From Azolla caroliniana (lineage: Eukaryota > Plantae > Polypodiophyta): 64,000 nt of DNA. The stretch is from NCBI GenBank assembly GCA_043228905.1, contig JBHGNT010000103.1:1-64000 (forward strand), in the 5' to 3' direction. Position 1 is the stretch's first letter; each line of letters opens with the position of its first letter. The position numbers and the translations under genes were made by a program. The notes beneath the pieces are model-generated. The model was not told the DNA's origin and made no database searches. It saw only the letters and a list, made by a program, of their open reading frames with translations. Below, one piece after another: positions 36,444 to 48,882 of this stretch.

Positions 36444-37620
36444 AAGGAGAGATTCACAAGACAAGGTGAGCACTTCACAAGTGTTCCCCATTGTTTTTCT
36501 TTTTAAGGAGGTTCTTTGCTTGGACTAGTCTCATGGAGGACCCGGTCCAAGGCACAAATGGTATTCACAAGATCTTATGTGTTCGTTCTTTCACACACTT
36601 CTAATACAAACAAAACGTTATACCCCCAAGGCCCACACCCCCTTTACACTTTCTAATCCAAAGCAAGACTAGTCCTAGTCTTCCATTTGAACACATTGGT
36701 GCTACCACTTGCTCTTTCCCTTTGTACCCATCATCAATTTGTGTTTTTGTTGCTTGAATGCTACGGTTGATGTGATTCTCCACATGCCTCTCATCATCCA
36801 ATTATTTGCACCATTGCAATTCCCGTTCGATGTTGCCTCGTTGTTAGAAACCTCCACCTTCAAAATGCCCCTCTCACTTGGTCTCAAACCTAAACCCATT
36901 CTCTGTCGTGGCAATGAATAGAACCTTGTGAGAGCACAAGGAATGGTCATCCTACAATTGTTGACATGAAAATACATCCCAATGGAGAATTGTGTGTTGA
37001 GTATGCAAAAATCATCGTGAACATCCCATAAGGCAACATGAGGAAAGGTCTTCCTTCACTTCCAAATTGTGTTTATTAAGCGTACATTTCTCCGGGAATG
37101 ATTAATAGGTGGTTATGCTATATCATTAACGTGGGGATAGGAAAATGTAAACTTGGTCTCGTGACTTGTCAACTTACAAAATTCTTTTGCACATGGAATG
37201 TTGTTATGCGATTTCAAATTTCACATGTCACCATCCTTTCTTAGAAACTCCGTCTCTCTCTCTCTCTTGATTATTTGTCAATGTCCTAGTTAAAGTATGT
37301 TTCTTGACACTCAAAGACTGTAGCAACAAAGAGAGGTGTCACCACCCTTGAAATATAAGTGAACCATGGATGTTATCTTTAAGATTGAATCTATAAATCT
37401 TTGATGTAGGATGTCCAAACAAATAAAACTTACAAAGATCTAGAAGTAAGTTATCCAAAGATCTTACTCATTTTATAGATCAAATGACATTCCATGAACC
37501 ATCTCTTGATATAATTTAGAGTCAAATTAGTGTGATGGGACTCATGCATATAAAAGCATTTACATCTAGTGATAAATCAATTAATTGTGACTTCCACATG
37601 TTACCAAATACATAGAATAC

Positions 37621-37722
37621 TTGAAGAAGAAGATTATTCGTATTGAATCCCTAAAACATGTGAGGGATAATATTTGAAGAAGAAGAATATTCATATTGAA
37701 TCCCTATAACATGTGGGGGATA
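37621..37722. repeat. Direct repeat, two ~50-bp copies
   Basis: TTGAAGAAGAAGA.TATTC.TATTGAATCCCTA.AACATGTG.GGGATA occurs twice. Confidence 0.7.
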
Positions 37723-38114
37723 TCAATGACTAATTATAGAGTATTTAGGTATAAATAATTTTTACATGAAGATAACTAAATGTTCACATTGAAGCACTTT
37801 CATTTTTCTGTGATACCATGGTATTTTCTTGGCAACTTCTTTACAATGTATCATTTCATTTTGAGAATCCTAGAATTGAAAGTTTTATTTAAGGTTATAT
37901 TTGAGGAGCATTTGCAAGCATAATTGGAAGGCTTTTTTTATGTTTACAACAATTTGGATGTTTTAACTTTTAACTATGCTTTAGTAACTCATGTCTCTTC
38001 CATTTTGTATAATATACACTAATTAATTTATAGAACACAATAGGTCACATTGTGCTTTGCAAGAATGAGTACTAATACTCTATATGTATATGTTCGACAA
38101 ATTGTTAAAATGCT

Positions 38115-39300
38115 TCCCTCCCTCTATTTTTGTTTAATGTCTTTTTTAATCCCTCCACCTTCCACTTAATTTTCATTCTACCCCTCCTTATTTAGTACTA
38201 ATTCTCCCGCTACCCTTCCCCTTTTCCCTTCTATTTTGTCTCACTCTAACCTCCTATTTCTCCCCCTGTGTTTTAATTCATTTAGTTACTTTTTCACTCT
38301 ATCCCTCCCTTTTCCTTTCAAAATTTTCCTCCTACCCTTCCCCCTTGCTTATCTAATTTTTCACTTCACCCCTCCCCCCTATTGATTTCTAAAATTCACT
38401 CTACCCCTCTTTTTCTAAAATTCATTCTACCCTCCTTTGACTTCTACCTTTTTACGTTCTACCCTTCCTTTCTCTTTTCTAAATTGTACTCTACCCCTCT
38501 CTCTCTCTTTCACTAATTTCCCTCTACCCCTACCCACTTGACATCTAACTCCTATTTCAACTCCCTCTCCCTTTTCAATTTTTTAATTTTCTCGTTTTAC
38601 CCACCCTCCCGCTAGTTTTCCTATTCCCACTCTACGCCTCCCTCTTTCACTAACTCTATTCTACCCCCTCGCCCCTTATTTCTAATTTTTACCCCTCCTC
38701 CTTTGTTTCTTCTAAATGTCACTTTAACCTCCCCTCTTTAACTTTAATTTCATTCTACCCCTCAAACTTCTCTAAATTTTTCTTCCTACTCTTGCCCCTT
38801 TTTCTAAATTTCAATCTACCCCTCCCCCTTCTTTTTTCTAGATTTTCACTTATACCCATCCCTCCTATTTTTCTGTGATCACCCTACCCCTCCCACCTCG
38901 TTCCCAATTATTACTTTACCCCTCCCTCTTTCAGTAATTTTATTCTACCCATCGCAACTTATTTCTAATTTTTGTTTCCTACCCTTCCCTACTTATTTCT
39001 AATTTTATTTCCTAACCCTCCCCCTTTCATTCTTCTAAATCTCACTCTACCCTTTCCTCCAATTTAATTTCCATGTCACTTCCTACCCCTCCCCCCTTAC
39101 TTCTAAATGCATGCTCTCTGCCCCTCCCCTCTCATACCCCATCCTTTTTTCAAAGATCTCTATAAAATCTTTCCCTACCCACCACTATACATCACCCTCC
39201 CTAACTCCCACATCACACATTTTCAAATAACCCCATAAAATGTTTTACCCCCCCACCAAATCCATCACCCCCGTGAACTCCCACATCATAAAATTTGAAA
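38115..39300. repeat. C/T-rich degenerate tandem array (~30-bp units like TTTCTAAATTTCACTCTACCCTCCC)
   Basis: Dozens of TACCC(C)TC cores at roughly 25-35 nt spacing; almost no G on the plus strand. Confidence 0.75.
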
Positions 39301-39362
39301 CCTCTCTCTCTCTCTCTCTCTTATCCCTTATATTCCCTATATAAACCCCTCAAATTCTACAC

Positions 39363-39416
39363 GGTCGTGTGCACTGATGAATTCCTTAGGAGCGAAACTA
39401 GTTTGCCACATTGACC
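39363..39416 (+). ncRNA. Second minimal type I hammerhead ribozyme, stem II partly degenerate
   Basis: GGUCGUGUGCA-CUGAUGA(39374)-AUUCC UUA GGAGC-GAAA-C UA G UU-UGCCACAUUGACC; preceded by (CT)n and TATATAAA at 39338. Confidence 0.8.
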
Positions 39417-39518
39417 ATTTATTTGTATTACCTTTTAAGTTTCTTAATATGAATTGGTTTTTAGTGTATCTCTCTCTCTCTCTAAACTTTGTATATATAT
39501 TTCTCTCTCATCTTTGTA

Positions 39519-39552
<34 letters not shown>

Positions 39553-40235
39553 TTGTGTTCTTTAGCTAACACTCTCCCTCTCACATACACCCACCGATTG
39601 TATACAACTCGCACTTCTTGCATCATCCTCATGGTCTAAAACTCGCAATGCATGTAATCCATGTAATGTATGATAGTTGTTTGGTGCACGTGTGCTACAT
39701 GTGATGCATGATATCCTGTACTGGTTTTCGAGGGTATTGTCCAGTACCAACACCAAGTCTCCTTCTTGGATCTTTCATGAATGTAGTCTTTTCAGTTTGT
39801 CAAATCTTGCTTTGTTCTTGACCCAAGCTTCCTTAAGCTTCTTAGTGCTCAACCTTTTCTACATGTTCTATTTGACATTGTAGTTGTTGGATTCAAATAG
39901 CCAGCAAGTCTTCTCTACTCATTTCTGACTTCCATGAGAGCACCGCACATGTAGAGATTTTCTCTTCAATTGGCCAATTGTATGTGGTCTTGTCAGCCCA
40001 CAACCCATATTGGAAGACCTTCGGTACTCTACCTTTGCATGCCTTTGCAAGTGCCTTGACTATTGGGCCATGTCCTCTTTCTATCTTCCCATTCATCTTA
40101 GGATTATATGAAATTGTCAATGATAGCCGAATTCCAATCTTTCGGCTTCGTCAGAATTGGGCTCGCCACTATCGGCCATTATCTTTCCTATACACCCACA
40201 CCTATACACTATATCCTCAAGTATAAATGACATAT

Positions 40236-42819
40236 TGTTGACGTGGCCTTTGATCTTAGTGTTGTCAGGAACAGTACTAAGACAGAGAAGGAATTAGTAC
40301 TAAACGAAGGATTAGTACTATGAGAGGTGTAGAACTTCTTTGAGAGAAGGAAGAAGTGAGCGAGACGGAGAGAAAGAGAGAGATCGAGAGAGGGAGAGAG
40401 TGATGATAAGAAAGATATGTATTATGTGAAGAGAATATACAATGGTGGCTAAAAGGCTTAAGACTGGCATTGAACCAATTTGGTTCAACATAATGCCTAG
40501 TGCCCTCTTTTATAGTGTTTTCAGGAGTAATCCTAAAGCTTCTAGAATGTTCCAGAGAAATCTGGAATATACATTAATTTCCTATAGTAAAATGTAAATG
40601 AAAATAATATCCTACGTATTACAATAGATGATCTAATGGTCAAGAGCTCGACCCATATACCTAAGGTCATGGGTTCGAGTCTTGCCATATCATGACACTA
40701 TCTTCCCTTTAAAACAACGAGTGTCACGAGTCGTCTTGGATTGAGGACCCGGTTTGTGTGGATATTAACGATGGAAGTCTTCAAGAAGAGCACGAGCATT
40801 CGTCACATTCTCAATCGGTTCCCAAGTACGTTCGTTGGGACTATAGCCTAGCCAATCGACTAGATAGCAGAGCTTGTTGCGAACAATCTTGGAATCAAGG
40901 ATGGCGGCAACCTCGTACTCCGGCCCATCTTCAAGCTCGATCGGGGGTGGAGGTTGTATAAGACGTCCTGGGATGGTGCTCTCGTGATAGGGTTCAAGGA
41001 GAGAACTATGAAACACCGGATGTATCCGAAGTTGAGGAGGTAGATCGAGACGAAAAGCGACATCATTAATCTTTTTGATAATACGGAAAGGACCTAATCA
41101 CCGATAATCCAACTTCTCACATGGGCAAGTAGTCTTGATGTGTCGTCCTAGCAGCCACACCCGATCTCCAATATTAAAACTGGATGGAAGTCGATGACGA
41201 TCCGCGTAGACCTTGTGTGTTTGTTGAGCTTGTTGGAGATGAGTAGATAAATCCGCTTGTATCTTGCGTAACCGCTCCAAACGATCCTCCGCGCATGGAT
41301 TTGTGGACACCTCTAGGTTTTCAAGTACACTCCACCAGGGGTGACATCCCGTATAAGCATAAAATGGCGTAACTTTAGTGGATGCGTGGATAGAGTTGTT
41401 ATAGGCAAATTCGGCGAACTGGAGAATATTTGCCCAGTCATCCTGATGATAGTTGAGAAAGCACCGCAGATACTGCTCCAACGTTTGATTTGTTCGTTCA
41501 GCTTGGCCATCGGTTTGTGGGTGGTAGCCGGAGGAGAGGTTACAAGTGACCTTGAGCATGTTAAAAAGGTGCTTCCAGAATTTTGACACGAACTGGGGTC
41601 CACGGTCACTGATGATACTATCGGGAAGTCCATGATGCCGACATACTTCACACATGGCAATTTCGGCAGTGTCTTCACTGGAGATCTCCTTAGTACATGG
41701 CAAGAAATGAGCCATCTTCGTATATCGATCGACCACCATTAGAATCGCATTGAACCCCTTAGAGACTGGAAGATCTGTGATGAAGTCTAGAGCAATGGAT
41801 AGCCTTGGCATATGGATGATGCCTTGGCATTTTCGCTTTGCAGCATGTATCACAAGTCCGAACAAAATCCTCGACAAATTGTCGCATACAAGGTCACCAG
41901 AATGATCGTTGTACTAAATCTAATGTTTTAGTACTACCAAAATGCCCAGTTGTATATGTGTCATGACAGTTTTGTACTACTCGAAGGTGGCAAGAACCAT
42001 TAGGAACATACAAAAGTTCTTTAAAGAAGAGTTGTATTTTCATTTCTGACTTCCATGAGAGCACCGCACATGTAGAGATTTTCTCTTCAATTGGCCAATT
42101 GTATGTGGTCTTGTCAGCCCACAACCCATATTGGAAGACCTTCGGTACTCTACCTTTGCATGCCTTTGCAAGTGCCTTGACTATTGGACCATGTCCTCTT
42201 TCTATCTTCCCATTCATCTTAGGATTATATGAAATTGTCAATGATAGCCGAATTCCAATCTTTCGGCTTCGTCAGAATTGGGCTCGTCTCTATCGGCCAT
42301 TATCTTTCCTACACACCCACACCTATACACTATATCCTCAAGTATAAATGACATATTGTTGACGTGGCCTTTGATCTTAGTGTTGTCAGGAATAGTACTA
42401 AGACAGAGAAGGAATTAGTACTAAACAAAGGATTAGTACTATGAGAGGTGTAGAACTTCTTTGAGAGAAGGAAGAAGTGAGCGAGACGGAGAGAAAGAGA
42501 GAGATCGAGAGAGGGAGAGAGTGATGATAAGAAAGATATGTATTATGTGAAGAGAATATACAATGGTGGCTAAAAGGCTTAAGACTGGCGTGGAACCAAT
42601 TTGGTTCAACATAATGCCTAGTGCCCTCTTTTATAGTGTTTTCAGGAGTAATCCTAAAGCTTCTAGAATGTTCCAGAGAAATCTGGAATATACATTAATT
42701 TCCTATAGTAAAATGTAAATGAAAATAATATCCTACGTATTACAATAGATGATCTAATGGTCAAGAGCTTTACCCATATAACCTAAGGTCATGGGTTCGA
42801 GTCTTGCCATATCATGACA
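40236..42819 (-). mobile_element. Chromovirus (Gypsy with chromodomain), internally deleted; LTRs 40236-40697 and 42357-42819
   Basis: TG...CA LTRs of ~462 bp, nearly identical; PPT AAAGGGAAGATAG beside 40697; integrase (IALDFITDLP, SDRGPQF, HPQTDGQAER) and chromodomain (EYEVAAILDS...YLVDWLGY...TWEP). Confidence 0.9.
40622..40690 (+). other. tRNA-like A-box/B-box cassette in the chromovirus LTR (second copy ~42743-42812)
   Basis: TGATCTAATGG (A-box-like, 40629) and GGTTCGAGTC (B box, 40672), spaced 43 nt as in tRNA genes, with AAGGTCATGGGTTCGA variable/T-arm context. Confidence 0.6.
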
Positions 42820-45685
42820 AGTGCTCCCCCTTCTACCTGATTTGTAAGTCTTCTTTGGCTAGCACAAAGAACCTCTTCTAACTTGCCCCCATCGGCATTG
42901 CTATTATATCCACAATCCACTTGTAGTGTACACCCGACAAGTAAGTTGGGTGCAACTCATGCCTATACTTAATATTGGAGTAGAATTGACACATTGGGTG
43001 TGTTTCCACATACCTCTTGATTTCATTGCAGAATCTCGGCCACCGATATCTTTCCTTTATTTTGCTAAATGTTGCCCAGACTCCACGATGTCCAACCCAC
43101 TCCCTATCATGCAACTACTTTAATATCTGCTCCCGTTGCACTTGGTCATAGATAACCTGCTGGATTTCCCATTTTACACTTAGGGTGCTCACACAGATAT
43201 CCATCATGTAAGAAGAATTGGTGAGCCTTCCTTCAAAAGTTCAAGATGTTCCTCCCACTCCACGTTCCTTCTTTCCATGGTGCTTGTAGATACTTCATCA
43301 CATTTTTCTTCCTTAAACTCTTGTTCTTCATGTGGCTCACCCCTTCTAATTGTGTTTATGGCTAAATTTCAATGCTCTTCTTCTTCATTATCTGATTCTG
43401 CTACTTGCTCTAGACACCATATCAACTATTGCATTCTTTTCTCTAGATATATGTCGAAACTCGAGGTTGATGGATTTTATGTAGAAACACCACCTAAGCA
43501 TCGCTTGATTTGGAATATCCTAAATTGCAATAATTCTGAGAACTAGTAAAAAATCTATCTCTACAATCACTCTTGCACCAATTAGATAGTCCATATCTGT
43601 CTTGATGGCAGTTACTATCTCCCAAAGATTTCTCTTCACTTGCACATACTTTCGCTGACACCCAATGAGCACTTTTCCACCGAATCAAATTGGATGTCTT
43701 CCGCCTTTCTCATCTTGCTAACTTATCATCCACCCGATCCCAATTGGACTGGAATAGACCGTGACGATTAGTGGTTGGGTGTAGTCGGGTTGTTTGAAAG
43801 CAAGAGCTTTAGCTAGACTCTCCTTCAATCTTCTAACTACATAGGAGTGTTCTTTTGTCCACTCAAACACTTCACCTTTTCTTAATAGTTGGTACCTGGA
43901 TATGATATGTAGGCCTAGTGTGGAATCCACCTACAATAGAAGACACATGCACCCAAGAACCTCCAAACCTCAGATCCCAATGAGACTCGAATCAACTGTG
44001 ACGATCAATATTTGGGTGTAGTTTGGTTGTTTGAAAGCAAGAGCTTTAGCTAGATTCTCCTTCAGTCTTCTAACTGCATTGGAGTGTTCTTTTGTCCACT
44101 CAAACACTTCACCTTTTCTTAATAGTTGGTACACTATATATGATATGTGGGCATAGTGTGGAATAAACCTACAATAGAAGACACAAGCGCCCAAGAACCT
44201 CCAAACCTCACATACAGAATTGCAATCCTCCTTTGTATTCTGTATTGCATTGATCTTTGCTAGTGTCGGTTTTCTTCCGTATGGCTTATACACATGCCCT
44301 ACCGCTAGTACCTACCGAACCCCAAACATTGATTTTGGAGCCGAAATTGTCATGTGTACTTCCTCTAGTCTCAAAAGCACCTTATCACAATCCTATATGT
44401 GATACCTAATGAACTTCTGACATCCAACACTATCCAACTCTTCATTCTTCATTCTTTCCTCACATCCTTTGATTTGAATATTATCCAAGACAGGCATGGT
44501 TATGTGAGGGATAAAATCTTGGAGAACTTTGTGCATATTGTTTATCATGTGAGCAACCCAGTTGGTCTCATCTTGAGGTAAGGTGCACATCTGAAGTAAT
44601 CCGATTGGAGTCCTAATGGAGGTGATATCTTAGCTACTAACCGCAAATTGGAATTTATCGTAGCCAAAGTCGAGATCACCCATCGAGTAGATCGCCCTCC
44701 CAACAAACATCTCAGCAAAGTCATCTACTATCGGCTCCATTGTTGAATTTTGGATGATGACTCGATTCACTGAATGCATGTCTTGGATGAATTGAAGCTG
44801 CCCATCCTTCTTCTACACCGTAAACCATATACTTGAGTATGGAGCATTAGATGGTTTCAAGATGCCCATTTTCACATTTTCCTTTAGAAACTCAATTAGT
44901 TGCAGTATCCTCACTCTTGGCACTGAATCAACTTTGAATTCCACTGAACGTGTGGGATTACGAAGATGATCATCAGTTCAACCACTTTCAGATCCACACA
45001 TCCAATTTTTTGGGATTGAAGGAGAATGCTTTCTCGTGTTGCCCTAGAATCTTCTTGAATTTTGCTTCTTCCATAGACGATAGACAATCATCCCCTCTAT
45101 TGGCCGCCTCAGACGACCAAGTGGGAAAGGACGAAGCAGAGCGGGTAACACTTTTGGCACCTTCGAACTAGGAATCCTAGCTGGAGAAATTTTGCGACAA
45201 AAGGACAACGGATTTTGACTAAACCCTTACTCGGGACCCACGCCCCCGAATCCATTCAGAAACTCCACGGAGTTAGTGGTTAAAGACATCGACCTCCCTG
45301 CCAAATCAACCTCTGGCAGCGGACCCACCCTCCATTAATATGGACCTCATTGTTCAATATTGTAATATTAGTGTAAACTATTAATAGCCATTACCATTAT
45401 GTATGAAAAAAAAATTGAAAAAGAAAAAGAAAAAGGTAGAGCTATATTTAAGGTTTTGCATGCAGGCACATAAACCAAGATAACAAGTACTCTCTGACTT
45501 CCCACATGTGGATGACATGGCTCGAAGGATCTTGGACACTACTGTTCCCTCAGCACAAAAAGTAACCTAAGTCATCTCTCCAACCCTGCACAACATAGAA
45601 GCTCTCCCCGCTCTTCTCTCCGCACAGGTAGCTCCTCTGCCCAGCCTGACCCTGAGTCAGCCATGACTATCGACATCTCTCGACT

Positions 45686-48042
45686 CTACTTTAGCTTTCT
45701 GATTTCAGTTTGATTGCTCCTTGCAATCAACATGTCATCGAAGTATAGGAACAGATAGATCCGGGACTCGTCCGCCAGTTGCCGAGTATATAAACATGGG
45801 TCGGAGTCGGACCGGTTGTAGCCGAGTTGTCGGATGTAGGAATCGAACTTCTGGTACCACAACCTCGACGCTTGTTTTAAGCCGTATAGGCTTTTCTTCA
45901 ATCGATATACGAGGTGACTTTCCTCCCCCGTCGCCGAGAAGCCTGTTGGTTGAGACATGTAAATGTCTTCATTCAGATCTCCATGTAGGAATGTCGTTTT
46001 TACGTCTAGTTGCTTGAGAGAGGTCATCTTGACTACTGGCAATAATATTTCGTTGTAGTCAATCCCATGTTCTTGCTTGAATCCCTTCGCGACGAGCCGA
46101 GCTTTGTATTTGGGCTTTTCCGAGTCAGATCCATATTTGTGTCTAAATACTCACTTGCAAAGCAACGACTTTCTTCCAACTGGTAGTTCGACTAGCTCCC
46201 ATGTATTGTTTTGATGGATCGAGTCCATCTTGGATCTCATGGCTTGTATCCATGTATTGGCGTCTGGTGCGGCTATAGCTTCTTCATATGTGATTGGTTC
46301 ACCTGCATCAGTGTAGTTGACGTAGTCAAGGCCCAATTGATGGAACTCTGTTGGACTTCAGGCTCGTCCACATCTCCTGAGTGCCGATTTATTCGGTTCA
46401 ATTCCTTCATGTTGGTTTGACAGTCTTCAGGAGTCCTGTTGGATGACTCGTCCTTGTGATAGGATCTTGATGATGTCGAGTCGTCCTCCCCTGTTTTGGG
46501 ATTGATTGACTTGGAGGTAGGGGATTTAGATGACTTGGATTTGTTTTTCCCTTTGGTGTTTCAGTCGGGTCAACTCTGTCTCTTTTGACTCTGTCATTTC
46601 TGGCTCGCACCTTGTTTACTTTTCCTTTGTCGACTCTTGTCTATTCGACTTTGTCTTCGAGTTTGACTAGTGGACCTACTACCGATTCGGAGTCGACAAG
46701 TGTATTGTTGGCTTGGTCGAGTTCAACTGTTTGTCAAATCTCTAATTCGGTTTGGTGGGTCGGTCTTTCTACGATATCTCTATGGATTTCGAAGGAGACC
46801 TTTTTACCAACTATTTTCTACTAGTTCCTCTTCGAGAGAATGGAGTCTTCATTGAAGACTATGTCACTACTCCGGATCAATTTCTGGATCTTTGGGTCCC
46901 ATAGCTTGTTGCCGAATTCCCCATCGGTTCCATAACCGAGAAATATGCATTTCGTTGCATGGGGTGCCAACTTGGTCCTTTTCTCCCTCGGGATGAATGT
47001 GTAGGCTTCGCATCCGAATATATGGAGCCTATCATAGGTTGGCTGTTTGGCTGACCATAGTGCTTGTGGCACTTCGAGCCTGATTTCTTTTGACGACGAT
47101 AGATTGATCAAATATACTTTCGCCTGCAATGCTTCGGCACAAAATTCCAACTTTAGTCTGTCTTGTTGGAGCATTGCCATCACCCTCTCCTGGATCGTTC
47201 GGTTGATCCATTCTACATGGGTGTGTATGGAACGGTCTTTTGATGTTTGATTCCTTTGTCGAACAGGTATTGTTTGAAGGCTCGGGAGGTGTATTCACCT
47301 CCGTTGTCGGATCAGAGTGTCTTCACTTTGTGTCCTGACTGGTTCTCCACTTCAGCTATGCACCGAATAAAGAATTCGAGCGCTTCATCTTTGGACCTAA
47401 TTGAGTAGGCCCAGACCTTCCGTGTACAGTCATCTACAAATGTGACGAAGTACCAGGAGTCACCTAGTGATCGCTCAGGCATAAGCCCACATATATCTGT
47501 GTGAACGAGCTCTAGGGGTTGTCGCACCATCTCATAGTGGAGAGAGTGCGAACTTCATGTATGTTTCCCATATCGACAATGCTTGCAGAAGTCCGTCTTT
47601 GCTTGGAGTTTCGGAATGTAGTCAACCGCCATCAGCCGATTGAGTCCGTCTTGAGACATATGGCCGAGTCAGCCATGCCATAGGTTCGGGTCGGTCTTTT
47701 CGGCCACGTTCACGGCCCCTTCTAGATTGATCACCATCATTGGATACAAGGTGTTGTACTTGCATGTGCTTCCTATTTTCAGATTTCCACGATTGATCAT
47801 CCATGTTGACTCATTGAGAGTCGTTCAATACCCTTCTTCGGCTAACATGCCGATGGAGACCAGACTCCTTTTTAGTGCCAATACATGTCAAACTTGGTGC
47901 AGGATTATCGTGTTGCCATTCAACAATTGGATTGGTACATCGCCAACTCCAACAATTTTGCATTCCTACTCATTGCCTAGTCGAACTGTGCCGCTGGCTC
48001 CGACCGAATAGTTCAAAAACCATTCAATATTAGGGGTCACGT
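45686..48042 (-). mobile_element. Decayed Copia (GAG-pre-IN, IN, partial RT); its protease/gag part continues at 55444-55785
   Basis: PLELVHTDICG, KCIFLGY, NNTWELVELP, QLDVKTTFLHG, KSLYGLKQA. DSGATFHVTP is restored when the nested Gypsy is removed. Confidence 0.88.
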
Positions 48043-48367
48043 TGTCGGGGTAGTTGTGGTTCGTGCGGCAAAGTCGCGGGGACTAAGGTTAAGGGGAGTT
48101 GAAGGAACTTAACTTTTAATAAGGCTTGTATGGTGATGATAGAATGGTTAAGGATAGTAAGAAGAAGAGTTACGAGTAATGTGTGTGTGTGTGAGAGAGA
48201 GAGACAAGCATAGATAAAAGATAGAGACAATGTATGATTCAAGAAAGAAGATTGAGACAAAGTATGATTCAAGGAACAAGAGTATATGATATAAACATGA
48301 TGTATATTAAAAATATAATATTTTACCAACTTTACAATCCTTGACCGCAAACTGAACACATTCTCTA

Positions 48368-48438
48368 TCGACCCTTGATTTGAACCCACGACCTCAACTT
48401 CGAAACGAGAGGTTCTCCACCCAATGAGCTAGTCTTCT
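48368..48438 (-). other. tRNA-like cassette in the LTR, sense to the element (copy at 54866-54936)
   Basis: Minus strand TAGCTCATTGG...TTTCGAA...GAGGTCGTGGGTTCAAATC; A-B spacing 45 nt. Confidence 0.65.
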
Positions 48439-48679
48439 TTAATTGATTGTATTATTTTCTCACTCTCTCTTGATTCCCCCCCTTGTTTACCCTTTCCCCT
48501 CTTTATATAAGTGTTGCCATGCATATGGTAATGTATGGGAGCATGGCATGCATGCAATGCATGAGTTACATGTAATGCATGATCGCCATTTGGCACACAT
48601 GCATTGCATGTGATGAATGATGGCTATGTATGAAAATAAATATGGGATAAGTATAATGATGAAAATGCATTCTAAAATA

Positions 48680-48882
48680 ACTAACCTAGCTTAGTGGTGT
48701 ATGCTTGGTGCTTGGTATACAAGGTTGAGGGTTCAAGTCCCTCAATTTTACTTAATACAATATATAGCTTCATTCTTATATCATGAAGCACATTTATTAC
48801 ACACTTTTACAAATAAATAGCCTAGCCTAGTGGTATGTACATTGTATATTGTATATAAGGATGTGCGTTCAAGTCTCTCAAA
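48680..48882 (+). other. Two tandem tRNA-like cassettes at the LTR 5' edge, antisense to the element (copies at 55178-55380)
   Basis: TAGCTTAGTGG (48687) with GGTTCAAGTCC (48730) in the hairpin TTGAGGG-TTCAAGT-CCCTCAA, then TTTT; TAGCCTAGTGG (48823; TGGCCTAGTGG in the other LTR) with CGTTCAAGTC (48866). Both lie in a ~136-bp tandem duplication. Confidence 0.7.

Larger units (their letters stand above)
39600..45065 (-). mobile_element. Decayed Gypsy pol (family of 48043-55439), interrupted by a chromovirus
   Basis: MCTLPQ...VAHM, HDREWVGHRGVWATFSKIKER and NGKIERGHGPIVKALAKAC fragments; internal ~238-bp tandem duplication at 43735-44211. Confidence 0.85.

Noticed and set aside
36350-36478. 43-aa N-terminal extension of PAL in the ORF track
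   Set aside because: It starts at a non-ATG codon and reads through (CT)n/(CA)n 5' UTR microsatellites; ATG 36349 has strong context.
38115-39300. Interstitial telomeric repeat
   Set aside because: The units are ~30 bp and degenerate, with no CCCTAAA heptamer periodicity.
48030-48389. 119-aa ORF, repeated at 54531-54887
   Set aside because: It lies inside the LTRs, includes microsatellite translation, and recurs only because the LTR is duplicated.
48368-48882. Functional tRNA genes in the LTRs
   Set aside because: Acceptor and anticodon stems do not pair properly, so these are reported as tRNA-like promoter cassettes instead.
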